A stretch of 61,498 nucleotides of DNA, counting the filler, from Deltaproteobacteria bacterium (GTDB lineage Bacteria; JACQOV01), in assembly GCA_016202395.1 (NCBI GenBank). It is 4 parts of 4 records of this genome, joined end to end, with 100 filler letters (N's around TTAATTAATTAA, not from the genome) between each part and the next. Parts side by side here need not be neighbours in the genome. Positions count along the whole stretch, not along the records: positions 1 to 27,110 come from JACQOV010000068.1; 3 more parts are not named here. The stretch is one strand, 5' to 3'. The first letter of the stretch is position 1, and every line of letters begins with the position of its first letter. The notes beneath the pieces are model-generated. The model did no database searches and was not told where the DNA came from. It saw only the letters and a program-made list of their open reading frames with translations. The position numbers and the translations under genes are program-made. Positions 1 to 10,613 of the stretch are shown one piece after another.

Positions 1-6
1 GGTGGA

Positions 7-231
7 GGTTGGAAAAGTTCACTAGGATGTTTTTTTGAGCGAACGCCGCAAGATTTTTGGGGTACCCCTCTTGGCGAACATGGGGACAGGTTGCGAAGCT
101 ACCTGTCCCCAGGTGGGTCGTATTTGCTAGAGCGACCCCTGTGGGGACAGTTAGTAAAGCCAAACTGTCCCCACGGGTCAAAAATCTTGCGAGTGAAGCG
201 AGAAAAACCATCCCAGTGAGCTTTTCTAACC
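7..231. repeat. MITE/REP-like composite element: ~55-bp imperfect terminal inverted repeats enclosing three hairpins
   Basis: 7-62 (GGTTGGAAAAGTTCACTAGGATG...CGCAAGATTTTTGGGG) is an imperfect reverse complement of 175-231. Internal stems: TGGGGACAGGT/ACCTGTCCCCA (81-111), GGGTCG/CGACCC (115-138), GTGGGGACAGTT/AACTGTCCCCAC (141-174). A third arm copy lies at 37424-37482. Confidence 0.7.
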
Positions 232-276
232 GAGACAAGATATTCTCAATGATATTTAAACGGAGTATGTAATGAA

Positions 277-783
277 ATGAGGCGGGTGCTTTACATTTTA
301 GGAACGGGAATTGCGCTAACGCTACTCAACATGGCTCTATTCCGCAAAGTGTTACCTTGGGGTGTGACTCCGGATGCCCCTCTTCTGATCAGCGTTTACC
401 TCGGATTCTCTTTCTTAAGAGGGACCGATTTGGTCCTCTGTTTGTTCCTGAGTTCTCTTTGGGATGTCCTGAGCGGCTACCCCTTTGGAATGCACATGGG
501 ATTGGGCCTCTTCGCATTCATTTTTACTTATTTGTTGAAGACCCAATTCCTATTGGAGACTCCCCTCTCCCGACTGTTCTGTCTGGCTGGAGTAAACGTG
601 GCTACCCTTTTGCTTTTTGTCGCTCTCCTTTTAGTCTTTTCTGTCTCTTCAGCTACCGTCCCTTATGTGCTAAAATTGGCTCTTCCCCAGATGGGGATTA
701 ATTGGGTAGGAGGGGTTTTGATCTACCCTATTTTCGATCGAGTGGGTCGAGAAAAAAGCGTGCGCAGTAACCTTGGTCTCTAA
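277..783 (+). CDS. mreD: rod shape-determining protein MreD
   Basis: 168-aa hydrophobic membrane protein with PD..LI and LWDVLSGYPFG motifs, directly upstream of pbp2-rodA. Confidence 0.8.
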   Translation: MRRVLYILGTGIALTLLNMALFRKVLPWGVTPDAPLLISVYLGFSFLRGTDLVLCLFLSSLWDVLSGYPFGMHMGLGLFAFIFTYLLKTQFLLETPLSRLFCLAGVNVATLLLFVALLLVFSVSSATVPYVLKLALPQMGINWVGGVLIYPIFDRVGREKSVRSNLGL

Positions 784-2602
784 ACAGAAAATACAGCCTC
801 ATCATCCCGAGAGCCCGATCTACCAAAATCGGTTCAGGCTCTTTCACGCCATCGTCGCGCTCGCTTTTTTGCTCTTGATGACTCGCTTCTGGTATCTTCA
901 GATTTTTAGAGGAGCCCAATACCGAGAATTCTCAACCCGCAACAGCGTTCGAACCCTAATCCACTATGCTCCTCGAGGTCTTATCCTCGATAGGAATGGA
1001 GTGGTCTTAGCAGAAAATAGGCCTAAATTCTATGCGGTGGTTCTGCCAAAACGGGAGATTCTTGAAGAGGCGCTCCCTAAAGTGAGCTCGATTCTCAACA
1101 TCCCCGAAGTCGAGATCTGGAAAAAAATCCAAAAGGAGCGAAATCGTTTTTTGCCAATCACCCTCAAGGAAGATCTCTCTTGGAAAGAGTTGGCGCAACT
1201 GGAGAGTCGAAAGAGCGACCTTGCCGGGGTTTGGGTCGAGTGGAAACCCACTCGATCTTACCCTTACGGGAAGATTGCCCCTCACCTTCTGGGCTATGCG
1301 AGTGAAATCAGCGATAAAGAGCTCCTGGGATCCCGACAAGAAGATCCGAATCGGTACCGATTGGGAGACCTTATTGGAAAATCAGGGATAGAACTAGTCT
1401 ACGAGAAAATCCTAAAGGGGATCGATGGAGGAAAACAGATTCTGGTTGATGCGGTGGGCAGACCAGTTCTCGCAAATCCGAGCGAGCGTTTTTCTCCCAA
1501 CGAACCTCTGCTGGAGCTGCAAGAGATTCCGGCAAAACCGGGCGAACCGGTCCTCCTCACGATCGATTTCCAGATCCAAAAGAGAGCCGAAGAACTCCTC
1601 CAAGGGAAGGCGGGAACAATCGTCGCGATGGAGGTGCAAACGGGGGAGATCCTTGCAATGGCCAGTGAACCGAGTTTTGATCCCGAGATGTTTGCGCGCG
1701 GGATGAGCTCCGAGGAATGGGCAAAGTTAAGCGCTGACCGAGGACATCCTCTTCGGAACAAGGCGATCCATGGCCTTTATCCTCCCGGTTCTACCTATAA
1801 ACTTATCCTGGCCGCCGCAGGTTTAGAAGAGAAGGTGATCTCATCCCAAAAACAGGTTCTCTGCACCGGCGGGCATGCTGTGGGAAAAAGGGTCTTCAAG
1901 TGCTGGAAAGAAGGGGGACACGGGATGGTGGACATGGAGCGGGCCATCATCGAGTCTTGCGATGTCTATTTTTATAAGTTGGGCGAGACTCTTGGAATCG
2001 ATCGATTGGCGGAATACGCAAAAAGATTCGGCCTCGGGCAACCGACGGGGATCGATCTGGATGGAGAAAAATCAGGGCTCGTTTCTACAACACAGTGGAA
2101 ACAAGAACGGTTCGGGGCCCCTTGGTTTGCGGGAGATACGGCCTCCGTCTCCATTGGCCAGGGGTACAATCTGGTGACCCCCCTTCAAATCCTTCAAGCT
2201 TACGCCTTGCTTGCGAATAATGGTCGATCGATTCGGCCGCATATTCTAAAATCGAGTTTTGTCCCCTCCCCTGAAGGACACGATCTGAATATCTCCAAAG
2301 AAAGCATTGAGTTTTTGAGAAAAGCCTTGTTTGAAGTCGTTCACGATCCGAGAGGAACGGGAGGAAGAGCAAGGATTCCAGATTTGGAAATCGCTGGCAA
2401 GACCGGGACGGCGCAGGTCGTGGCGCTCGAACATAAACATGGTTTAGAAGATCATGCATGGTTTGTGGGATTTGCTCCCGCCAGCGCTCCGCAAATTGCA
2501 GTCGTGGCGCTCGTGGAGCATGGAGGACATGGAGGTTCGGTCGCTGCGCCGTTAGTCAGCGACATTATTCAGACTTACTATAAAAATGAAACATCACACT
2601 GA
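773..2602 (+). CDS. mrdA: penicillin-binding protein 2
   Basis: N-terminal TM, APRGLILDRNG, PGSTYK (SxxK), SCD, KTGTAQ, DHAWF motifs. Confidence 0.95.
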   Translation: MVSKQKIQPHHPESPIYQNRFRLFHAIVALAFLLLMTRFWYLQIFRGAQYREFSTRNSVRTLIHYAPRGLILDRNGVVLAENRPKFYAVVLPKREILEEALPKVSSILNIPEVEIWKKIQKERNRFLPITLKEDLSWKELAQLESRKSDLAGVWVEWKPTRSYPYGKIAPHLLGYASEISDKELLGSRQEDPNRYRLGDLIGKSGIELVYEKILKGIDGGKQILVDAVGRPVLANPSERFSPNEPLLELQEIPAKPGEPVLLTIDFQIQKRAEELLQGKAGTIVAMEVQTGEILAMASEPSFDPEMFARGMSSEEWAKLSADRGHPLRNKAIHGLYPPGSTYKLILAAAGLEEKVISSQKQVLCTGGHAVGKRVFKCWKEGGHGMVDMERAIIESCDVYFYKLGETLGIDRLAEYAKRFGLGQPTGIDLDGEKSGLVSTTQWKQERFGAPWFAGDTASVSIGQGYNLVTPLQILQAYALLANNGRSIRPHILKSSFVPSPEGHDLNISKESIEFLRKALFEVVHDPRGTGGRARIPDLEIAGKTGTAQVVALEHKHGLEDHAWFVGFAPASAPQIAVVALVEHGGHGGSVAAPLVSDIIQTYYKNETSH

Positions 2603-3713
2603 GTCTCTCACAAAAAGCGCTCCGCGAACTCTATCCGATGAGTGGTCACTCTTAATCGTGGCGATTCTGATTTCGTCTCTGGGCCTGTTGAATCTTTATA
2701 GTTCCACTTATAACCCTAGCTTAGAACAAACAGGAATTTATTTCTGGAAGCAGGTGCTATGGACCTCCATGGGTTGGGTCCTTGCTTTGATTTGCTGGAG
2801 AGTTCAGTCGTTCTGGTGGGAACGGCTCACCCCGCTCTTTTATGTTGGAACCCTTATTTTATTAGCGATTGTTCTAGGGACTGGAAAGAGCGCGGGTGGA
2901 GCGCAACGATGGCTCACCTTGGGCTCCATGAACATCCAACCCTCCGAAATCTCAAAGATCGTCACCGTGATGATGTTAGCAAGATATTTGGAGAGGGACT
3001 GGCAGGTCCAAGGATTGACTCTGAATCAACTCTGGAAACCTGCGCTGTGGATCATTCTCCCCTTCTTCTTCATTCTGCTCCAGCCCGATTTGGGGACGGC
3101 CCTCGTTGTATTTCTCACCAGTGTCACGATGATCTTTTTTGGAGGGATGCACCGGAAAGCTTTCCTGTTTTTGCTCAGCTCCGGGATAGGCGCTGCTTTC
3201 GTGGGTTGGCATTCTCTTTTAAAAGAATACCAAAAAGAAAGGATCTTAAATTTTCTTGATCCGGCTCGAGATCCCTTGGGGGCAGGCTATCATGCAATCC
3301 AATCGCAGATTGCCATCGGCTCGGGAGGCCTCACCGGAAAAGGTTTTTTAGAAGGGACACAAAGTCAGCTTCATTTCCTGCCAGAGTGTCACACTGATTT
3401 TGCTGTGGCCGTCTGGGGGGAAGAGTGGGGCTTTTTGGGAATGTTGTTCTTGTTAGGTTTGTATCTTTACCTGGCTTACCTTGGGCTTGAAATCGCGCGG
3501 CAAGCTCGGGACCGTTTTGGCCTCTTCCTCAACCTAGGGATTATCTCTCTTTTTCTGTGGCAGATCGTGATCAACATGGCGATGACAATGGGGATAGCTC
3601 CTGTGGTGGGCATTCCACTCCCTCTATTTAGTTATGGAGGCTCCTCGATGATTGCGCTGTTTGCGGCGTTGGGAGTGATGCTGAGTGTGAGCCGCCGCCG
3701 ATCATTATTTTAG
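2586..3713 (+). CDS. rodA: SEDS glycosyltransferase RodA
   Basis: GAQRW, QPSE, QPDLGTA, LPECHTDF, PLFSYGGSS motifs; follows mrdA. Confidence 0.95.
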   Translation: MKHHTESLTKSAPRTLSDEWSLLIVAILISSLGLLNLYSSTYNPSLEQTGIYFWKQVLWTSMGWVLALICWRVQSFWWERLTPLFYVGTLILLAIVLGTGKSAGGAQRWLTLGSMNIQPSEISKIVTVMMLARYLERDWQVQGLTLNQLWKPALWIILPFFFILLQPDLGTALVVFLTSVTMIFFGGMHRKAFLFLLSSGIGAAFVGWHSLLKEYQKERILNFLDPARDPLGAGYHAIQSQIAIGSGGLTGKGFLEGTQSQLHFLPECHTDFAVAVWGEEWGFLGMLFLLGLYLYLAYLGLEIARQARDRFGLFLNLGIISLFLWQIVINMAMTMGIAPVVGIPLPLFSYGGSSMIALFAALGVMLSVSRRRSLF

Positions 3714-3716
3714 GGT

Positions 3717-4043
3717 CTAGAGGGCTTTTTTGACGAGGCTTTCGAGGTCTTTTTTAGGAACCGCTCCCACAATCTGATCAAAAACCTGTCCCCCCTTAAA
3801 AAGGATGAGGGTGGGGATTCCTCGAACACCATAACGAACCGGCGTTTCTTGATTCTCGTCCACATTGAGCTTTAAAAATTGAACCTTCTCTCCATATTGT
3901 TGAGCGAGCTCCTCCACCACAGGAGCAATCGCTCGACACGGAGCACACCAAGAGGCCCAGAAATCGACCAGTGTTGGTTTTTCGGATTTCAACACCTCTT
4001 CCTCAAACTCACCATCACTCACGGCTTGAACTGAACCCGCCAT
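3717..4043 (-). CDS. trxA: thioredoxin
   Basis: VDFWASWCAPC active site, YGVRGIPTL, 108 aa. Confidence 0.95.
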   Translation of the reverse strand: MAGSVQAVSDGEFEEEVLKSEKPTLVDFWASWCAPCRAIAPVVEELAQQYGEKVQFLKLNVDENQETPVRYGVRGIPTLILFKGGQVFDQIVGAVPKKDLESLVKKAL

Positions 4044-4052
4044 TTTTCCCTC

Positions 4053-4349
4053 CTATCTGTGAGCCATAACTTTTTTAATAAAAGCTTTCCCTCTTTTGTC
4101 CAGATGCAAAAACTTGATCTCTATCTCGGATCCCCCAACGCCAGAGCGGTCGGAGGTCCGAACGACCTGCCCCACTCCCCGGATTAAAGGATAATCCTCT
4201 TTCAAGATAATTTCAAATTGGACTAAACTCCCCACCGATCGTGTTCCGGCTTCCAACAAAGGCATCCCCGTTTCGGTAATCCGAGAGCCATAACGCTCCA
4301 GAAAAGAGGCCAAACTTTCACATTCGATACGAACCTGGGATTCTTTCAC
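4053..4349 (-). CDS. PilZ-like domain protein (TIGR02266-like)
   Basis: FLERY..RITETGM...GSLVQFEI.L...IRGVGQVVR...IKFLHLD pattern of the myxobacterial PilZ-like family. Confidence 0.55.
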   Translation of the reverse strand: MKESQVRIECESLASFLERYGSRITETGMPLLEAGTRSVGSLVQFEIILKEDYPLIRGVGQVVRTSDRSGVGGSEIEIKFLHLDKRGKAFIKKVMAHR

Positions 4350-4366
4350 CCCTTTTTCCTCTCCTG

Positions 4367-4669
4367 CTACTTATTCTCAAGGATCATTTGAAGTTCCTCT
4401 TGATCCTTTTCCGTGATCTCTTCAGAGGCTCCCTCAGACATTGGACTCAAACCCTTCTTTTCTATATTTTTACGAACAGCATCCATCCCCTTTTTCGCTT
4501 CCCCCAACGATTTTTCGACCTCTTTTCCAATCTTGGCAACGGCTCTCTCGTTTGGATTCCACGTGATCGTCAACGATTTTCCCTTGAGTTTAAAATCGAA
4601 GAGATACTGCGACAACCAGATAACACCTACGACGGCAACAGTCCGTAAAACCCATCTGAGAATAAGCAT
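4367..4669 (-). CDS. hypothetical membrane-anchored protein
   Basis: 100 aa, N-terminal hydrophobic helix then charged helices, AGGAG RBS, fits the minus-strand gene run. Confidence 0.6.
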   Translation of the reverse strand: MLILRWVLRTVAVVGVIWLSQYLFDFKLKGKSLTITWNPNERAVAKIGKEVEKSLGEAKKGMDAVRKNIEKKGLSPMSEGASEEITEKDQEELQMILENK

Positions 4670-4700
4670 GGCGAACTCCTCTTATACCTTTGCGATTATA

Positions 4701-5693
4701 TCACAAAGCGGATCGAAAGTGATCAAACCCCTCTTTCTTAACAAAATAGGGTTTCCCATCTCGATCCAGGATCTTAAACCCTTGAGATCCTGAAAGAACG
4801 GAACCAATCCATGTGATCCCTTTCCTGTTTTCTACTCTGCGACGATCTTTTGGAGAAACAGTGAATAAGAGTTCGTAATCTTCTCCACCGGAAAGAGCCA
4901 AATCCCAAGGAGAAAGAGAAAGTTTTTGACAGATCCTTTTATAACGGCTCGATAGCGGAAGGGCCTCCAGACGAACCTCGGCTCCACAACGACTCGCCTC
5001 GAGAATATGCCGAAGATCGACGCTGAAGCCATCGCTAATATCGATCATAGAAGTCGTGAATCGATTTCTGGCAAGCCACAAGCCAGTCTCAATGGGAGGA
5101 TCTGGATCATGAAGCCGAGACAAAAACCCGGGGCCTTCGTTGAGCAAACCTCGCCGTTGCAATTCTAATCCCAATGCAGCCTCGCCTAATCTTCCCGTGA
5201 CAAAAATCAGATCCCCAGGGCGCGCCCCCGAACGAAGCATCCCCCGACTCCCCTTCCACACGACCTCTCCCAAAGCCACCCCACTGAGGACCAAGGACTT
5301 TGGACTCTGACTGATATCCCCCCCTAAAAGATCGATCTGATAACGATCCAAAACCTCAAAAACCCCTTTTCGAAAAGGATCAAAAAAATCGGGAGCGACT
5401 CTTGTTAAAGGGATGGCTAAAGAGATAAGAAATCCCCAGGGCTTAGCCCCCATGGCCGCAAGATCGCTTAAGTTGACGGAGACCAGTCTTCGACCGAGGT
5501 GCCGAGGAGAGGTCCACTCTAACCGAAAATCGACATTCTCAACAAGTATGTCGGTGGTAATGACCTGGGGTTTGCGAGATCTCCATACCGCGCCATCATC
5601 TCCAGGGCCAACGATGACCTGCCTTCGACGTCGAGATCTGGGTCGGATCCACTGTTCAATGAAACCAAACTCTCCAAGTTCTTCCCAATTCAT
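4701..5693 (-). CDS. thiL: thiamine-monophosphate kinase
   Basis: GEFGFI, GPGDDGA, VNLSDLAAMGA, GGD, IDISDG, LSGGEDYELLF motifs. Confidence 0.95.
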   Translation of the reverse strand: MNWEELGEFGFIEQWIRPRSRRRRQVIVGPGDDGAVWRSRKPQVITTDILVENVDFRLEWTSPRHLGRRLVSVNLSDLAAMGAKPWGFLISLAIPLTRVAPDFFDPFRKGVFEVLDRYQIDLLGGDISQSPKSLVLSGVALGEVVWKGSRGMLRSGARPGDLIFVTGRLGEAALGLELQRRGLLNEGPGFLSRLHDPDPPIETGLWLARNRFTTSMIDISDGFSVDLRHILEASRCGAEVRLEALPLSSRYKRICQKLSLSPWDLALSGGEDYELLFTVSPKDRRRVENRKGITWIGSVLSGSQGFKILDRDGKPYFVKKEGFDHFRSAL

Positions 5694-5710
5694 TATTTAT
5701 TGCGTTTGTA

Positions 5711-8158
5711 TTAGACGCCCCGCTGCAATAATTTTTCACGCGGCCGGTCCGCTGCAGGCTTCGCCTTTTGTGGAGGAACAGAGGCGCCCTGCCCACTCTC
5801 TTTTTCTTCATGAGGTTGAACGAGAGCGACCTCGAGAATCTCATCCATATGCTTAACCAATCGGAAGTCAATCCGTTTCCGAACATAGATCGGGATGTCC
5901 TCCAGATCTTTTGCATTTTGATGAGGCGCGAGCAAAATCCGAATATTGGCTCGCAACGCAGCTAAACTCTTCTCCTTCAAACCTCCGATCGGAAGAACTC
6001 TCCCCCGCAACGTAATCTCGCCAGTCATGGCCACATCGCTGCGGACTGGAACTTTGGTGATCGCAGAAATAATAGCGGTGGCCATCACCACACCCGCCGA
6101 GGGACCATCTTTTGGGATGGCTCCCGCCGGCACATGAATGTGAATGTCGCTCTTCTCGAAGAAATCGGGATCGATATTCAAATTGCGAGCTCGAGACCGA
6201 GCATAACTGACTGCGGCCTGAGCCGACTCTTTCATAACCTCTCCGAGCGATCCTGTAATGGTCAAATTCCCCTTCCCCTTCACAGTGGTCGCCTCGATGT
6301 AAAGCACCTCTCCTCCAAACTCAGTCCAGGCAAGCCCTGTGGCCACTCCAACCTCCCCCTCTTCTCGTTCTTCTTCAGGGAGAAACTTCGGAACGCCGAG
6401 ATACTTCGTCAAGGACTTGCGATTAAGGAGGAAAGGCCCTGTTCCCCCTTCGGCAACACGCCGAGCCACTTTACGGCAAAGCGTCCCAATCTCGCGCTCT
6501 AGGTTTCGAAGCCCCGCCTCACGGGTATAGAGAAAAATTGCGTCATGGATCGCGGAATCGGTAATGCGGAGTTGCCCCTCGATCAAGCCGTTCTCCTTCA
6601 GTTGACGCGGAACGAGCCAACGCTTCGTGATCTGAACCTTCTCCAACGGAGTGTAGCCAGAGAGGTGAATGACTTCCATGCGATCCCGCAGCGCCGCTGG
6701 AATAGGATCGAGGAGATTGGCTGTCAGAATAAACATCACGTTCGAGAGATCGAAAGGGAGATTGAGATAATGATCGCTGAACGCAAAGTTCTGTTCAGGA
6801 TCCAAGGCCTCTAATAAGGCCGCGGAGGGGTCGCCGCGAAAGTCGGCGCCGATTTTGTCGACTTCGTCCATCATGAAGACCGGGTTATTCGATCCCGCTT
6901 GCTTGATCCCCTGGACAATGCGGCCCGGCATGGCCCCAACATAAGTGCGCCGGTGGCCACGGATCTCTGCTTCATCGCGAATGCCGCCGAGCGAGATCCG
7001 AACAAACTTTCTCCCCATGGCTCGGGCGATAGAACGCCCCAACGAGGTTTTTCCAACCCCCGGAGGCCCCACAAAGCAGAGGATAGGCCCCTTCATCTTC
7101 TCTTTGAGTTTATGAACGGCAAGATAATCTAAGATCCTCTCTTTCACCTTTTCCAAATCAAAGTGATCTTCGTCGAGAATTTGTTTGGCCTTTTTAAGAT
7201 CCAAGGTGTCTTCCGTCGATTTGCTCCACGGAATCTCGATCAACCAATCTAGATAGGTCCGAACAATAGCGGCCTCTGCCGATTCGGGGTGCATCTGGTC
7301 TAGGCGGCTGACCTGTTTATCGGCCTCCTTTTCCACCTCCGGAGGCATCTTTGCGGCTTGAATCTTCTCGCGGAGCTCCTGAATCTCTTGAAACTTATCA
7401 TCGGCCTCCCCCAATTCATGACGAATCGCCCGCATCTGCTCTCTCAAGAATTGCTCTTTTTGACCCTTGGTCATCTCATCACGAACTTGCGACTCGATCC
7501 GGGCCTGCATGGTGAGGACCTGGACCTCTTTGTTCAAGAGCTCGTGCACCCTCCGAAGACGAGAAATGGGCTCTAAGATCTCCAACACCTTCTGAGCTTC
7601 CTCGATGCTGAATCCCAAATTCGACGCAATGAGATCGGCCAGCCTTCCCGGCTCATTCATATTTTCCATCACCATTAAAAGATCGGCCGAAACATTCTTC
7701 CCTACCGAGGCGATTTTCCTCATCTGTTCTCGCACATTGCGCACCAAGGCCTCCACCTCCAGCGGGTCTCCTTTCGACTCCTGCTCCGGAATCTGTTCGA
7801 TACGAACCACCATCGAAGGGCGCTGCTGAACCACTTCGAGGATGCGCGCTTTAGCTAATCCCTGAACCAAAACTTTGACACGACCATCGGCGAGCTTGAG
7901 CATCCGCATGATCGTTGCAACCGTTCCTACACGATAAACTCCCTCCGCGCTGGGTTCCTCCTCATTCACATCCCTCTGAGCTGCAACAAAGATAAGGCGA
8001 TCCTTGGCAAGGGCTTCATCCACCGCCTGAATAGAGACCTCTCGGCCCACAAAAAGAGGAAGAATCATGTACGGAAAAACAACAACGTCCCGAACCGGCA
8101 ATAAAGGGAGAACGGATGGGATAACGAGGGTTTCATTTTCCTGAGGTTTGTCTACCAC
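5711..8158 (-). CDS. lon: ATP-dependent Lon protease
   Basis: Lon N-domain, Walker [26 protein letters not shown] catalytic Ser, IGGLKEK. Confidence 0.97.
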   Translation of the reverse strand: MVDKPQENETLVIPSVLPLLPVRDVVVFPYMILPLFVGREVSIQAVDEALAKDRLIFVAAQRDVNEEEPSAEGVYRVGTVATIMRMLKLADGRVKVLVQGLAKARILEVVQQRPSMVVRIEQIPEQESKGDPLEVEALVRNVREQMRKIASVGKNVSADLLMVMENMNEPGRLADLIASNLGFSIEEAQKVLEILEPISRLRRVHELLNKEVQVLTMQARIESQVRDEMTKGQKEQFLREQMRAIRHELGEADDKFQEIQELREKIQAAKMPPEVEKEADKQVSRLDQMHPESAEAAIVRTYLDWLIEIPWSKSTEDTLDLKKAKQILDEDHFDLEKVKERILDYLAVHKLKEKMKGPILCFVGPPGVGKTSLGRSIARAMGRKFVRISLGGIRDEAEIRGHRRTYVGAMPGRIVQGIKQAGSNNPVFMMDEVDKIGADFRGDPSAALLEALDPEQNFAFSDHYLNLPFDLSNVMFILTANLLDPIPAALRDRMEVIHLSGYTPLEKVQITKRWLVPRQLKENGLIEGQLRITDSAIHDAIFLYTREAGLRNLEREIGTLCRKVARRVAEGGTGPFLLNRKSLTKYLGVPKFLPEEEREEGEVGVATGLAWTEFGGEVLYIEATTVKGKGNLTITGSLGEVMKESAQAAVSYARSRARNLNIDPDFFEKSDIHIHVPAGAIPKDGPSAGVVMATAIISAITKVPVRSDVAMTGEITLRGRVLPIGGLKEKSLAALRANIRILLAPHQNAKDLEDIPIYVRKRIDFRLVKHMDEILEVALVQPHEEKESGQGASVPPQKAKPAADRPREKLLQRGV

Positions 8159-8171
8159 AATGAGCCTCCTT

Positions 8172-8642
8172 TTATTCTTCCTTGTCTTGATACTCGATGT
8201 TAATGGTTCGCTTCGTCCCGCGACGCTCTTCTACTTTTGGCATCACCAATCGGAGAACCCCGCCTTTGAGCTCCGCCACAATCTCAGAAGTGTTCCCCGG
8301 AATAGGAAGCTCAATGGCTCTCCGAAATCTTCCGAAATCCCTTTCCATGCAAAGATAATTTGTTTTTCCCTCTGCCGGGGAACGCTCTCGCTTCCCCTTC
8401 TCCCCTTCCACCACGATGAAATCTCGAGAGGCCGTGATTTTGATCTCCTCCGGCCTTAATCCTGGAACTTCGATCTCAACCACCAGTTTCCCCTTTTGTT
8501 CAAAAACATCCACCCGTGGCACTAGACAAGCCTCCCCCATCACCCCCAACCCCTGAGTCCGTTTCACAAAAGAGCGAAAGAGACGATTGAACTCCTCATG
8601 GAACTCATTCATAAAATCCCACGGCTCGCGGGAATAAGCCAT
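8172..8642 (-). CDS. Hsp20/alpha-crystallin small heat-shock protein
   Basis: [33 protein letters not shown] and INI motifs. Start moved to ATG 8642 behind an AGGAGG RBS. Confidence 0.9.
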   Translation of the reverse strand: MAYSREPWDFMNEFHEEFNRLFRSFVKRTQGLGVMGEACLVPRVDVFEQKGKLVVEIEVPGLRPEEIKITASRDFIVVEGEKGKRERSPAEGKTNYLCMERDFGRFRRAIELPIPGNTSEIVAELKGGVLRLVMPKVEERRGTKRTINIEYQDKEE

Positions 8643-8677
8643 ATCTTTTTCTCCTCCTTGTATCACTCTCCTAAATA

Positions 8678-10579
8678 TCACTCTAATAAAGGGACCATCC
8701 TGCCTCGCTCGATACGAACCAGGGGCATCTCTTTGACAATCTCCCCATTGGGAAGAAAGAAACTCTCCCCCGTAACCCCTTGGAATCTCCTCCCCTCCAA
8801 CAGAGATTGCCTCAATTGATACCCCGAAGTAACCTCCTTACGCGTCAAAACAGAGTCAAGAGACGTTACAATATCATAAGCCAGTGCCGCAACGCTATCG
8901 GGAACCTCCCAAAAAGTTTCGGTAAAGCGTTTTTCAAAATCGCGCATGCTCGAAATCGGCGAGTCAGGGAAGAAAAGGGCCGGGAAAATAGCCCCTTCCA
9001 ATGTCCGACCGGCAAGTTCCAGGAGATCGGGGCTATTCCAGGCGCTGGTCCCCAAGAGCTGGACTCCTCGAACATCGTGATAGGCAAGCTGCGGGGCTAC
9101 CATCGCCACATTTTTGTAGTAATCGGGAATAAAAAGGGCCTCAAAAGGGATCTCGATCCTTTTCTCTCCCCCCTCTGTTTTTGATTTTGGCTTACTCCCC
9201 ACAGGAACTCCAATCAAACGCTGGATAGCGGCCGAGATCGAATCGGAGGACAAGCTATAAAACTCCGCAGCAACGATGCCGCCCCCTCCTGCTTCCACCT
9301 CCTGGCGAACCAATGAGGCCCAATCATGTCCATAAGGATCATCCGGATAGAGCAAACCGAAACGATGAAAACCTCCTCCCTGGATGGCATAGTGAACCAG
9401 TTCTTTCACCTGCTCTGCGTGGGTAGGGTTTAAACGGAAAAAGTATTGAAGATCCTCCCCCGTGCGCTGAGCAAAGCTAAAAAGTGGAATCTCTGCTTTC
9501 TGTGCCGCTAAGGCCGCCGTTTCTGCTTCCGCGCTCGTGATGGGCCCAATAATGGCCATCACCCCTTTGGAACTGAACCATTCCACCCCTCGACGAGCCC
9601 TTTCGGGATCCCCCTGAGTGTCATAGAGAAGAACATTTAACCCTGAAGCCGAAGAACGCTGCATCCCAAACAACCCCACAGCAAACTCCATTCCTTGCAA
9701 CACCTGAGTTCCATAACCGGCATACTTCCCGGTTAAAGGGAGAAGGGCTCCAATCCGACGCACCCCCACCTCTTTCTGAACATCTAACCGATTCAGAAGA
9801 AGATGGGCTCGAGCTTTTCTTTCCTCGTCAAACTCCCAGTGGACAATCTCTTGAAGCTCAGAGGTCGCATCCGAAAGCTTCCCTTCCCTCATGTACAAAA
9901 CCGCTAAGTAATACCGCGCCTCTGTGCCAGGATAAGATCGCGGGAACGATTTCATAATTCCTTGAAGCTCCTCAAAGGTTAAACGCTCCGCAATCCAGCT
10001 TGAAACCTTAGTCTCGATCTCTTTTTTAATCTCCGGATTCGTCTCGAGCTCCCAGGCTTTTCCAAACCATCTTGTCGCAGAAAGGAGTTGCCCCAACTCC
10101 TCGTGTGCACGCCCCATCCATGCAGAGACCTCCAGCTGTTGACGACGGGTCAAAGATCGTCCCACAAGCTCTTTCAAAATAGCGATCGCCTCTTCATGTC
10201 GGTCGAGATCTGAGAAAAGCTGGCCTAAATTTAGATGGGCCTCAACGTTCCATTCTGACTTGGGATATTTCTGCAAGCAACTTTGATATTTCTCGACCGC
10301 TCGATCGGAAAACCCCAGCTCTTCATGGACCTGAGCCGATCGGAAAAGGGCGTCATCCGAAAGCGCCGTATCGGGATAGTCTTGAACATAGGAATCGTAG
10401 AGAAGAGCCGCTTCCTCTAATTTACCCAAGGAACGAGCTCTCTCCGCCCGATTAAAGAGATCGGAAGCCTCCACCGAAGGAGCCTCCGGGGGCTTTGCTT
10501 CCCGAATTTGTGAGATGCAGCCCGAGCATAAGAGGATCAAAAGAAATTGGAGCCGCGTGAGAGATCGTAACCACCTCAT
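8678..10579 (-). CDS. LpoA/LppC-like penicillin-binding protein activator lipoprotein with TPR repeats
   Basis: Lipobox LCSGC, TPR repeats (YPDT..SDDALF), C-terminal periplasmic-binding fold (IGALLPLTGKY, IIGP, ALFIPD, ALAYD). Start moved to ATG 10579. Confidence 0.8.
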   Translation of the reverse strand: MRWLRSLTRLQFLLILLCSGCISQIREAKPPEAPSVEASDLFNRAERARSLGKLEEAALLYDSYVQDYPDTALSDDALFRSAQVHEELGFSDRAVEKYQSCLQKYPKSEWNVEAHLNLGQLFSDLDRHEEAIAILKELVGRSLTRRQQLEVSAWMGRAHEELGQLLSATRWFGKAWELETNPEIKKEIETKVSSWIAERLTFEELQGIMKSFPRSYPGTEARYYLAVLYMREGKLSDATSELQEIVHWEFDEERKARAHLLLNRLDVQKEVGVRRIGALLPLTGKYAGYGTQVLQGMEFAVGLFGMQRSSASGLNVLLYDTQGDPERARRGVEWFSSKGVMAIIGPITSAEAETAALAAQKAEIPLFSFAQRTGEDLQYFFRLNPTHAEQVKELVHYAIQGGGFHRFGLLYPDDPYGHDWASLVRQEVEAGGGGIVAAEFYSLSSDSISAAIQRLIGVPVGSKPKSKTEGGEKRIEIPFEALFIPDYYKNVAMVAPQLAYHDVRGVQLLGTSAWNSPDLLELAGRTLEGAIFPALFFPDSPISSMRDFEKRFTETFWEVPDSVAALAYDIVTSLDSVLTRKEVTSGYQLRQSLLEGRRFQGVTGESFFLPNGEIVKEMPLVRIERGRMVPLLE

Positions 10580-10613
10580 GGAGTCACAAACGTAACATAC
10601 CCCCCGCCAAACA

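Noticed and set aside
57..272. 71-aa ORF upstream of mreD
   Set aside because: It lies within the palindromic element and has no mreC-like or other recognisable features.
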